From contig NW_021833041.1 in assembly GCF_006345805.1 (NCBI RefSeq), positions 124,001 to 188,000 on the forward strand: a DNA stretch of 64,000 nt. The letters run 5' to 3'. The translations under genes were made by a program, and so were the position numbers. Shown piece by piece: positions 50,680 to 62,914 of this stretch (the first letter of the stretch is position 1; each line of letters begins with the position of its first letter). The stretch comes from Octopus sinensis. Taxonomy: Eukaryota. A model generated the notes under the pieces. That model searched no databases and was not told the DNA's origin. It worked only from the letters and a program-made list of their open reading frames with translations.

Positions 50680-50699
50680 ATTTTTAAGCTTAATATTAC

Positions 50700-53600
50700 A
50701 ATTAGGTATCTAAGAAAAATAAGAATTCAAAATGTAAATCAACAATAAACTATGAAATCATTAAAAAATAATTAATTATTAAAAAAGCATCCACGTATCT
50801 ATTCTTATTAATAAAATTAATACATTTTCCGTTTTCATCAATAGAAGTCAAATTTCTTTTATTAATTTCAATCATTTTTTTGCATAATTCAAGCTCGTCT
50901 TCTAGTGAAATAAGCAAATCAATACTATATACGAAATAGGAAATTAAACTACTTTGTTTTTTCAAAAGAAGACCAGTACAGCTTTTCTGCAAGATGAACT
51001 AATCGCCGAATTATCTCTCTTGATTTAAAATCTTCATTGGTACACAGTGAATAAGACCAAATAGTATGTATAAGTTTATCAAATAACTTAATCATTTCTT
51101 CATAAGAATCAATATTTTTAATTATAGAAAAAAAATTTGGAACCAATTCCGTGAAAACAAAAAGGACAAAATTTTGATAAAAAGTTGAGATTCTAGAAAG
51201 AACATGTTGAGAAACTATAAATAAACGACGAGAGAAAACATAATTCATAGACAATTCTCTTTCTAATATAGAATAATAATTTTTAAAATTCTAAAATACT
51301 TTTAAAATGAATTCGTTCTATAAAAACGATTCCTGTTATAACCTGAAAAATTACACATCTAATCTGTGATAATAGATCGAAATTTTTAGAGGTTACAACA
51401 TGCTGGAAAACGTCGAAATACTAATAAAGTTATTATACATTGTATTCTGATACCGGGTAGCTGACTTCAATATGATGTACTAAATTAATTACCATCGAGA
51501 AATTCCCATCGGAAACAATTTTTCCACTAGACCCAAATTTAAAACAAAATTATCAATACTCATAGCCCAGGGATTTCAAATTGTCTAATAAAATTCCAAA
51601 TAAATTGTTTTTATTTATTTGCAGAAAACTTTGATAATGTGAAATCTAAATAAATTTTCAAATAATATCGAGCCACTAACCATTCCAAAAATATCAAAAA
51701 CGAGTTTTTGTGAAACAATTTGATCGTATAAAATATAATTTTTCTAAAAATAGAATTAAGGATAAAATAACAATAATAAGTTCCAAATGTTCAATTAAGT
51801 TAAAGTGTCTTTTTAAAACACCAACAATATTCTGGGAGTATCGAACTCTTTTGTTATTAATCATCTCGGAGGTTATTTTCTTAACTTCAATTAAGGGATT
51901 TCCAATAATTTCACTCTTAAATATTCTATATCAATATTTTTTAAAACAAACAATTCCTTTTTCACAGAAATGCCATTATTCGTGTTGAAATAATCTGAAA
52001 TACAGTCGATAACAGCGTATTTCAGATTGTCATTGCCATATGTCACAGAATCATGAAAATTATAATTTTCAGAATTGGAACTCTGAATTGTTATATTCTC
52101 ATATAAATTAAAATATTTTATTAATTTGCAAACAACTGCATCTCCAAGAAAATCTATGACTAAAATCAAGAGCATATTACCATCCTTTGTGTCACAATAA
52201 TTTTTTTTTACTTCATTAAAAATCGATTGAATTTTCCCAATGATCAGACATCCAATTAAAGTATCATTATTAAAGATATCAGGAAAAATTGTCCCACAAA
52301 ATTTTTTACAATCAGGAACCTGGTCATAAAGAACATTCCTTCGTAACATATTTTCACTAATGGAATGTTACCAAAAAATAATAAATACAGATCTGGGAAA
52401 TTATCATTCATTTGAAAAGTAAAATAAGATCTGAATAAATTGAGATCTAATAAATTAAGATACATTCGAATGGAACAAATCCACAGGGAAAAAACGGAAG
52501 AAATCTAATCCAAATATTTTTAACATAAAAAATACTATAATTTTTTCAACATTAATTTTAATATTACCACAACCCAAATCGCTGGAGTCAATCGTTCTAA
52601 GATTATCTTCAGTTTTGTAGTGAAACTCCATTAATTTTGACAAATGATTAATAATAACAATATTTTGCTCAAATTTTGGAGTACCATCAAATATGAATGC
52701 CTCTATTAAACTAACAATGTCTGATAAGATTCTAATAAGTTCATTCCATGGTTTTAAATTGTAAATTAATTTCATAATAGAATAATATTCATCTACAAAT
52801 GAATTATAATTAACATTACACCTGGAAATTGAGAAATTAACTTTTCATAATTAATAACAAAATTATCGAGTTTTTGAAAAATATTCAAAATCTCTGAGCA
52901 CAGTAAACAAGGAATTAATCCCAAAAATGTATGAAAATAATCACCGCTCTCGTGTTGTTCGCAAAAATTTCGAATATGAAATGTCAAATTACCAGCAATT
53001 ACATAATCAGACACAAAATCTTTTATTGTTAACTATAATATTTTATAGATCAAAAAATTACCATTGGGATATGTGTCAGCTCGTAATCATTAAATATTTC
53101 TTCAATCGCAGTTTTTCCATTACCTTGAAAAGTCCTTAAAATTATTGTTGATTAATATAAACCAAAGAATATTTAACACAATTAAATACTCATATGTAAA
53201 TTTTTTCTTCTGGTTATCAGAAACATAGCCCAATCTAAACTACTATGTATCAATAGAAAGGTCACCTGCAAAGATTTGAAGTTTTATTTCTTAACTTGCA
53301 TTCTAAATCAACGTTGATGTCACACTCCCGAACATTTAAATTATTTAATCTCAAATCCTGTAACGACTTTTTCATCACAAAAAAAATTTCTTCTGATTCA
53401 AACAGCATAGTTTCGAATATTTTATCTTCTTTACACAACTGGTCATTTCCGGTAAATAAAAAAAAGTTACTCAAATCACTATTCTATTAAATGATTTTAG
53501 CATATAATTTAACTATATCAAATAAAGACGAACTATAGTCACTGGATGTTAATGATTCAGGGTATTCAACCGAAAAATCAATATCAGAATCTAATCTATT

Positions 53601-54250
53601 TATTATAAGAAAAAAACTCGATTCTGACTCTTGACAAAAAATTTGCGGATGCTTAATAAATGGAGAATTAGCCTTTGATGCCAAATTGAAAAGCAGATCA
53701 AGAATACGATATTCGAGTAGCTTCTTTTATTATAAAAATTTAATCAAACAATAGAAAAAATAGAAAAAGCTTACGTGTTTAACGCATTCTGTGCTAGACG
53801 ACATGTCATCTAATCCAAATATATTTTGGACTATATTTATGAAAGAGATAGCTTTCTCTGTTTGACAAGAGATCATAAATTTTTCTTTGAATCTGTAAAA
53901 ATTAAATAAAATCCAAATTTTAGTTGTTGTTAAAAAATATACCCAAGAATTTTCGCTTTCACACAATTCTCGTCAATATTGGATCGAACTTGATATCGAA
54001 AGCATTTAATTATTTTATTAGCCGAACGTTCAATGTTAATTTTGTCAGCCTATTTAAAAAAATAAATCCAGTAAGACTTTAAATACCTGATTTCCAGCAA
54101 CAAAATTAATTAGTTTTTGAATGTTTTCGAAATTCATAATAATTTATTCCCTTTTCAAACAATGATAGGTATTCACCTCAAGAGTATATCCACAACAAGA
54201 TCGGAAAAATTAAAATAAGTTTAATAAATTTTAATAATTATGAAAAATAA
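50700..54250 (-). CDS. Large multi-exon gene of unknown function (boundaries approximate)
   Basis: A chain of minus-strand ORFs (53730-53966, 53487-53684, 53262-53474, 52793-53014, 52455-52775, 51891-52349, 50949-51254, 50750-50992) separated by short AT-rich gaps; no motif recognised. Confidence 0.55.
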
Positions 54251-55049
54251 AGAAAATTAAGTATAGTTGATTACTGGGTTGTTAATAATAGAAAAAATAC
54301 TATAAGACTTTTCATCAGCCTTAACTTTGTTTTGTTCAAATAATCAAGTATTGTTGTAATATTTGGTTTTTCTCTCTGTGCTAAGTACGAATACCATTTA
54401 AGTGCTCGCAATAATCAATATTCCTTAAATAAACTAATTTACAAAAAAATTTATTCTGTTATGGTACAGTAGTGTGCCTGTGCGGTCATTTGGTTCCATA
54501 GCTAATTAATTCAATAATCCATGGTAACTAGACAATGCAGTTATTTTGGTTCCATTAAAAAAAATTACTAAGTAAATTATTTTTATTTGCTAAACAGATT
54601 TTTTAGTCTATTTTTTTGCAAATTATTAACTATTTTTTTGGAATCTCGAATCTTTTGGCATAAATCAAGATAGAATGCAATTTTAAAACAAATTTACTTC
54701 AATCAATCTTTATTTTAATAAAGACAATAAATAAATTATTGGATTATGAAAAGATTTCTTTGGTCTTTCAGAAAACAACCCAATAGAAACTATTCATTTT
54801 ATCCAAATTTATATTGAATTAATTTTAAAAATTAAATTAAATGATGGATATAAATAAATTTAAACGAAACAAATCTAAAGTGATTAATATAGACAGAATT
54901 TGCTGAAGACCCTTGGATAATTTCATAAAATCACACAAGTTATTTCAATAGATAGCTAAAATGTTAAAGCGCTAAATTATTTGAAATAAAGCAAAAATTT
55001 TAACTAAAATAAAAAGTATAGTATTATTAAAAAAATTAGAATACTGATT

Positions 55050-56625
55050 TCATTTATAAATTATTTTTTTGCTGTAATTTATTAATCTTTTCTTTTTCTT
55101 CTTCATGGCGTTTTTTAAATGCATTTATCAAGCTAAATTGTGATGATTCTTCAGAATTATCTTCAACTTTGTTTATTTCCGTATTTTTTGGTATTTTCTG
55201 CCGAGGCAGTGGAACGTTTTTTGCATAATTGAGTGCCTAAAATTCAGTTAATTTTTTTAACTGCAACGCGACGATTGAATGCCAGTATGTCGCATTTCAC
55301 TTGTTCGAGTGGTCTTTTCGATTGTTTCATACTTTTTAAATTTTCTTCATTAGCATGAATTGCGAAGTTTTTCTGTCTTTCTTTATTCGAAACCTAAATT
55401 TCATTAATTTTTTTAATTTGAAACTATTTTCGTCCAATTATCTCCTCCAGTGTTTGGTCCTAAACCTCCCATTACTTTGTCATGAATTATGTTCTTGTAT
55501 TCTTTAAGACTGTATGGTTTGTATGCTATTTCTAATAATTTATTTACCGGTTTAACTCGCATTAGTTTTTGAATTCATATTTACAGAATATCCCAAAAAA
55601 TTTTGATTAGAATAAATATTGTTAATTTTATCTTTTTCATTAAAAGTCTTTGTATTATCTTCGTAATATTCTGAATATGTTTTATTGCATGAAATAGGCT
55701 TATTAGGCTTGTTGCAATTTGTTTCAAGAAACTGACGTTCGTTTTTGATTGCAACAATTTTTTCCGTCTCTTCGTTGTTTATAGTATTTAGATCTTTAAA
55801 ATAAAATAATTTCTTTGCCGTAATATCAAAACAAATATGATTTGGATATCTACCTTGTGTATCTAGATATTTTCCAGTTCTATCATATATTTTCTTAGGA
55901 TTGGTTGTATTAATTGCTTGATGTGATAATTTTTCTTCTTGATGTATTGTATCATTATATGGACAATAATAGAGTTTGTCTTGTTTTTTAATTTCTTCAA
56001 AATCTGTGAAATTATTCGTCAGATTTCCAGATTCTTCATTATTCGTAAAATCTTTAGATGTTAAATCATTTTTGTTTATTGTATTCATTTTTTGACTATT
56101 TTGGAAATTTCTAAAAATTTTAACAAATTTATATCACAAATTAATGTCAGAACTTGTACACTGTTTCATCATAGCTTGGTAATTAGGAATATTTTTAATT
56201 CCAATACTTTTTATATTTTCTTTTACAAAGTTTATGTTATTTTGATTCAGATTAATGGTTTCCTTTTTAATTTCCGATTTTTGTTGATTGAATCTCTTAT
56301 CTAAAACGTTTTTATTAATTTTAAAATTTTCAAAGGCTAAATTACGAGTTGGATATATTCTTTCTGGAGATTTCAAACGATTACTATCGTTTGTTTTATA
56401 TTTCATAGATGGATTCCTTTCAAAAAAATTTTTTCTTTGATCTTTCCATATTTTTTCATGATAAGTTGGAGTGGTTAAATTTTCAAAAATTGTAATATCA
56501 TCTTCAATTTTTTCTTCGTTTCGAGAATCAATGCATATATTTCGTATCGTTGAATGATGTTGATCTTTAGATATTATAGTTGAATTATTTGTCTTGTCAT
56601 ACTTAAAGTTATTAGACGGTTGCAT
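55050..56625 (-). CDS. Hypothetical N/K-rich low-complexity protein, multi-exon
   Basis: Consecutive minus-strand ORFs 56134-56625 and 55552-56088 plus downstream exon-like segments. Confidence 0.5.
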
Positions 56626-57144
56626 CGATATATTTAAATTTCAACAAAATGGATTAACCATGCAACTATAGAAACTTATATATTGTAGATATAAATTATT
56701 TTATTAAATTTTAAACAAATGTATATCAATAATATTATGCCGCGTCCCACGCTGGCGACCAGGATGACCCACTTGACAAGGTGAATTAACTTTGACATGT
56801 AAGTTTTATCGATTTAATAAAGCTATAGACGACAATCCCTACAGAAAACAACGATTTAGGCTAAAGCAGCTTGCGAAAAACATATGCTTTGAAAATGGAA
56901 ATGTATTCTTTACTAAAAATTCAACCAAATTGCGATTTTTCGCAGAGGATAACGAGTTAAAGCTTAAATGCATTGAGATATTGGATTAATTAACATTAAT
57001 TAGGCGGAGCATAATTATAATCATTTTGGTAGAGATAGACTGTTCAGCAAGCTAAAGACTTAGTATTATGGTTTGATTAGGGATGAAATTCCAGGAGTAC
57101 TTAATAAATGTGTTCATTGCCAGGTAAATATTAATTCTATAATG

Positions 57145-57368
57145 AATTAATTTTGACTGACTGGAAAGGAGACTGACTCGTTCCTCAAAGAGGTCGGGAA
57201 GTCCATCGGGAAGAGGCTCAAGGACTCGAGAGAGGGCCTCTGGTTCCGCCAGCGCATCGGCCTGGCCATTGTTCGGGGCAACGCACACTGCGTCCTCGCC
57301 GCTGGAAATTAACGATTTTCGGTGTTAGTTGTTTTTGTGAATACTTGAATTTGAAAATAAAAAAAAAA
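57145..57368 (+). mobile_element. CRE 3' fragment (subfamily G) inside a Ginger intron
   Basis: GKETDSFLKEVGKSIG...IVRGNAHCVLAAGN*, an A-rich tail, and TSD AATTCTATAATG (57133-57144 and 57369-57380). Confidence 0.9.
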
Positions 57369-57454
57369 AATTCTATAATGTTAGGCTAAGAAATTAATGG
57401 CGACTAAGCCACAAATAACGCCAATCATCGCTCGTAGGCCTAGAGATTGATATA

Positions 57455-58884
57455 CAGTCCGACCTCTAATTGGGGCGCACCTCCAGGGGTGGGGCACCTC
57501 TTTTTTGGGGAAAACTCTGTTTTGGGGCATTATAAATTTTTTAAACCAAATTATAAAAAATCAATTAATTTTAACATCTCTATTTGGGGCATTGATTTTT
57601 TATTAAATAAAATTAATTATACAAATTTAAAAAATAAATATTTTAAGACACGTTTCATTTCAAATTTCTTGTGTAATGCCTTTGAATTATGAAACCAAGT
57701 TGAAGATTCCTGATCATCTTTTAAAGAAAGAACATTCTGAGAGGAGATTATCCATAATGTACAATACTAGCAAGGGAACTATTTTTCGTATAAAAAAGAA
57801 TATTCTTCCATTTATCAAAAAAGGATTTCTTTCCTCATCATTAAGTGAAAATAAAAACGGATTTGATGAAAAAGTCCTTGATATTTTTCAGCGTCTAAGG
57901 GGTCAGAATGTTCCAGTTTCTGGAACTCTTTTAAAAAAAATTTCCCTAACTGTTTCTTCGAGAATGGCCTTAAACAAGTTTAAAGCTTCAAATGGATGGT
58001 TAGAAAAATTCAAGCAGAGGCATGAATTAAAATTCCGAACATTGTCAGGCGAATCCGCATCTGCTGATCATGCGATAATTTTGAATTTTTTATCAGAATT
58101 AAATATCAAAGTTGAACAATATGGAAAGGAGAACATTTTTAATTGTGACGAAACTTCTCTTTTTATCAAACTTACCCCACGTAAATCATTCCTGAAAACT
58201 GGTGATTCGGCACGGGGCTTTAAAAGGAGTAAAGATAAAGTTACTCTCCATCTATGCTGTAGTTACACTGGAGAAAAATTTGAACCATTAATAATCGGAA
58301 AATATAGAAATCCTAGATGTTTCAAAAAATTTTCTCCCGAAATTTATGGAATTTTATACTCTTCGTCCAAAAATGCGTGGATGACAAGAGACATTTTTAT
58401 ATCCTGGCTCAAAAAAATTAATGAAAAAATGATTATTCAAAAAAGAAAAATCTTAATGTTATTAGATAACGCTGCTTGCCACAAAATATCGACATTTAGC
58501 AACGTTGATTTTTTATTTTTACCAAAAAATACGACACCAATACTTCAACCATTGGATGCTGGAATCATTATGAAATAGAAGATAATGATCCAAATATCTA
58601 TGAGAATATAAGCTGCGAACCATCAATATCACAAATTTTAAGTTTGATGGAAAACTTAGAGACAAACATCTTTGATTTGATTCCAGATTCTCTTCATGAT
58701 TTTTATGAATTCAGAAAGAAAGTGTCGTTAGGAATTAAAAATAAATATAAATATGGAGAAAAATTAACTGATTATTTTAAAAAATAATGTTCTTTTTCTT
58801 TATTTATTGAGCTTTTTGAAAAACCTCTTTTTTGGGGAAACCTCTGATTTGAGGCACTTAGTGCCCCATTTAGAGGTCGAACTG
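57455..58884 (+). mobile_element. pogo/Tigger transposon, C-terminally deleted transposase (ORF 57676-58578)
   Basis: TA|CAGT(C/T)CGACCTCTAA(T/A)TGGGGC TIRs. CENP-B HTH (FKASNGWLEKFKQRH), NCDETSLF, LLDNAACH, LQPLDAGII (DD29D). Confidence 0.93.
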
Positions 58885-59048
58885 TATAGCAGATCTCATT
58901 GATCTTCGCAGATATTCTGAAATTAACGATAAATTCTCTTGGGTATTTTAAATGAGATTATTAATATAAAGATTCTTGTAATCGTTGATTCTTTCTCGAA
59001 ATATGTAGTTGTCGAATTATCAAAGTCGAAATCTACGGTAGAAATAAC

Positions 59049-60895
59049 TAGGGCAACCAGAAATATGACCTTAAAAAAGTTAAATATGACCGTAAAAAAT
59101 ATGACTTTATGACTTTAAAATTCTAAAATATAACTTAAAAATAAAAAAATATGACCTAAAAAATCAAAATATGACCTATCGAATTTTGATTTTTAGATAT
59201 TCTGAATTTGAAAATATGAAAAAATTAAACATTTCAATCAATGAATTTATTATAATATTGCATCATATAATATTTAATATTTTCTGGCTTGAAGTTTCTA
59301 TCCTTTTTGAGCAATTTATTCAGCATAGAAAAGCTTCTTTCTGCAGATATTGATGTCGAATGACATTTCCATAAGTAAATAAATGTTTCTGGAGAAATAC
59401 TAGAAATTCTAGCATTTTTAATATTCGTCCATGGTAACATACTTATCCGCTTTAAAAAATACTTGTTGATGTCACAATTATCCTCACCAAAATTAACGGA
59501 ATCAATGAATTCAATTGCATCTTTAATTGTATAAAATTTTTCTTGGCATTTTCTGATTTCATCAATAATAGGGTTGTATGAAGCCATTAACTCTGCCAGA
59601 TTTTTCTCCAAATTTTCAGAGCTAACAGCATTTTTCGCATTCATCACAATCTTTCCACAATAGGATAAGACAATTTCGCGAACTCTTGAAAGATGTCGAC
59701 TATAATATTTTGCTGCGTCCAACCAGCTGCCCCATCTTGTTAGAACAACATCAGGTGGAAGTCCAATAACTGTAAAAAGACTCCTCCGGGAGGGATTTTT
59801 TACAATCGACATTTTGATAGACGAGATTAAGTCGTCAATATATTTATAATGTGCTCTAATCTTTAATGCACAATTGTACAGAAGATGAGCAAAACAAGTT
59901 ATATGAATCATTTTAATATACATAACCTTCAATGTACTCGCTGCTAAAGTCATATAACGGGCAGCATCAGAAATAAATAATAAAAAATTTTCCCTTTTTA
60001 TATCATAAATTCGAATTGTGTCATCCACAATTCTACAAATTGCAGATGCATCACAAATTTCAATTTCCAAGCAATTTAATAAATAAATTTTTTCAGGACT
60101 TTCAATAGTCCCACAAAGAACATTAACAAATTTCTGTTTATTGATTTCCGTTTCATCAACAAGTATGAATATATCTTTTCCAGAAATAATTGTTTTAAGC
60201 ATTTCAATCAATTGATATTGCAAATCTGGAACTATATTTCTGCACCAACTTTCGCTGGGAACAGTAAATCCGAGATTATTAAAAAAATTAATAAAGTGTT
60301 CATTTCTTATTTTGTAAAGAGGTATATTCGCCTTCGTCATCATTTCGACTAAGCAAATTCCGAAATTTTTCTTTGCTTCAAGTTTCGGAAGAGTGTTGAG
60401 TTGCGTTTGAAATTTTGTCTGTTCCTTTTTATGCCGGGTAGTTTCCCTGTGCTGCATCACATTAAACGTTTTCGTAAAATTAACAAAAACTGAGCATTTC
60501 AAACAAAATAAACGTCCAGCTGAATCAATCTGAAATTCAGACGGGTATCGTTTAATTATTTTATTTAACTTTTGATTGTTAGATTGCTTTTGTTTCGGCA
60601 TGTAAAAATCTATAATATTTAAGCGGCCAACTACCAAAACGTGTGAAAACGTATAATTGTCAAAATTTAAACAAGGATTAATAAAAATATATGATTTAAT
60701 AAATATAAATATGACCTAACAAAAAAAATATGACCTAAAAAAATAATATGACCTAACGGCATAAAATATGACCTATAAGACCTAAAAAAATTAATAAAAC
60801 TATTAAAAAATATAATAATAGTTTATTAATTATAGAAATAACATCAATATGACCAATAAAAAATAATATGACTTATATGACTTTTGGTTGCCCTA
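59049..60895 (-). mobile_element. Full-length hAT-superfamily transposon with intact 455-aa ORF (59234-60601)
   Basis: TIR TAGGGCAACC, 8-bp TSD GAAATAAC and many subterminal ATATGAC(C/T) repeats. BED-like LFCLKC..QHRETTRH, VDETE, ISDAARYM, CFAH, TRW, SAERSFS. Confidence 0.93.
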
Positions 60896-61401
60896 GAAAT
60901 AACTAACATATTCCAAAATGTTTTTTATTACATCGGACCACCAATCATCCTCCAAACAGACAATGGGAAAGAATTCTGTAATTCGTTAATTGACGAAGTC
61001 TGTGAAAAATATTCGATCAAGCATATGCGTGGTAGGGCACGAGCGCCCTGGATACAAGGTCATGTAGAGAGGTTGCCTGATGGTTTTAATTTTTTAAGGT
61101 TCAACTAAAGCATAAAACTTTAGATATCTTCAGCAAGTGCCTTTCGTAAATATTTTGGCCGAAATTGTACCATAATCAAAGACATTGTTTATGATTACAA
61201 TAACACAATACATTCCACAACCGGAAAAGTCCCGTTCTACTTGTTTATGGGTGCTCAAAATCCGAATCCAATAACGGAGTCGGAAATGGAACAATTATTA
61301 TCGGGAGATGTAGACAGTGCTATCGTAGATGCACGTGAAGAAGCGTATTCAAAACTTCTTATCGCTGGAGATAAAATGATAGAAAAGAGAAGATAAAAAT
61401 A

Positions 61402-62359
61402 CAGTGCTGGTAGAAAAAAACCGGTTTTGCAGTTACTAACTTTTTTTGGCGGATAGCATTCAATTTTCTAACTCAATTGAACTCTTCGGAGTTTATTAGA
61501 TTTATTATTTTTTTATTTCTAAAAAAAATTTCATTAATCGTTTAAAATTTTGAAAATTTAAATTTTTGTGTGTGAATAAAAAACCGGCTTGCTTTATTGA
61601 CTGATATTTTAGTTGTTGAATTTTGAGTTTTATAAGTAAATGTTAAATGCAATAATTAAAGGAAAGATCCTTGTGCTTTTTGAGTTAAATTGGACGATAA
61701 AAGATATCGCAAAACATATAAATACTCCAAAATCGACAATCGACGATTTTCTTCGAAAATTCAAAAAATATGTAACTTCTGATAGGATTCCTGGTTCCGG
61801 ACGTCCTACAAAGCTTCAGAAAACAGACAATGAAATTCCATTACATCTTATTTTGAGTGCGATTCAAAAAAATCTTCTAACACGTTGAGGAATGAAATAA
61901 AACATTTAACTGGTGAGAGTGTCTGTAGAAAAACAATTAGAACTTATTGAACCCAATGGAACATGTTTGGAGCATGATGAAGCAAAAGTATTCATTAGAT
62001 CCTGCAAAAAATAAACTTGATCTCAAAGTCAAATTAATGAAAATTTTGAACGAATTGCCATCTGAAAATATTCGGAAATTAATTGATAGTATGCCTAAAA
62101 GGTCATACGAGCTATTTATTAATCGAGGATACCACACAACATACTAACTGTTGATTTTGTTAACTCTTTTTGTTAAAACCGCTTTTTTATTCACATGCTA
62201 AAATTCAAATTTTTTAAATTTTCGCCGATTATTGAATTTTTGAAAGTAAAAAAATTATACATATAATCAACTTCAAACTCTTTATTTCATTTGGAAAATT
62301 AATAGCAATACGCCAAAAAAGTTAGTAACTGCAAAACCGGTTATTTTCTACCAGCACTG
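61402..62359 (+). mobile_element. Internally deleted Tc1 element
   Basis: TA|CAGTGCTGGTAGAAAA..ACCGGTTTTGCAGTTACTAAC ~50-bp TIRs. HTH fragment 61640-61888 and LNPMEHVW fragment 61947-62147. Confidence 0.92.
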
Positions 62360-62914
62360 TATGATGAAGATTCCATAAAAGTCGGAACTAAGGTAGTAAT
62401 TTTTAATACATTTCCATGACAAGACAATGATGCCAATATTCAAAGGTTCCCATTATACGATGGATTATCAACCAACCAATATGTTGTGGTAGATCAACAA
62501 AATGACATGTACTTGATCAAATGTGAGAATGGTGAAAAAAATAACGTACATATATCAAGAATTACAAAAATTGACTAACGATTTTGTTTAAAATTTTTCA
62601 TCTAAATTTTTTAAGATTTGGAAGCCCCCATAGGGTTAGGGTTAGTTGTTTTTGGAACTAAAATTATTAAAAATGTGTTTTAAAGTGAGACTTGGAAAAA
62701 ATTAACGTGTATTTTGTATGGCAATATTGCTCAAAAATAAAATTTTGAAAATGTCCATTTATCCGCGTGCCCATTTATCCGACTGTGACAAAATATATCC
62801 CATCTTGTATCACCTTTAAAGATTTTTAATTTGGTATGGTTATTTTAATTAGAGATTTTTCTTAAATGCTTGATAAATTTAATTTTGTTCCTACATGGAT
62901 AGAACAAAAACACA

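Larger units (their letters stand above)
56790..62790 (+). mobile_element. Ginger/TDD (KRBA2/SCAND3-like) integrase element with micro-introns, disrupted by four nested insertions
   Basis: Reconstructed: HNYNHFGRDRL...KCVHCQ|AKKLMATKPQITPIIARRP..RLIADLIDLRRYSEINDKFSW|ILVIVDSFSKY...GPPIILQTDNGKEF...QGHVER|FN*SIK...YNNTIHSTTGKVPF...VHISRITKID*. Right end ...ATCCGACTGTGACA; left end not found. Confidence 0.82.

Noticed and set aside
62631-62645. AGGGTTAGGGTTAG as an interstitial telomere
   Set aside because: Only about two units, lying in the Ginger subterminal region.
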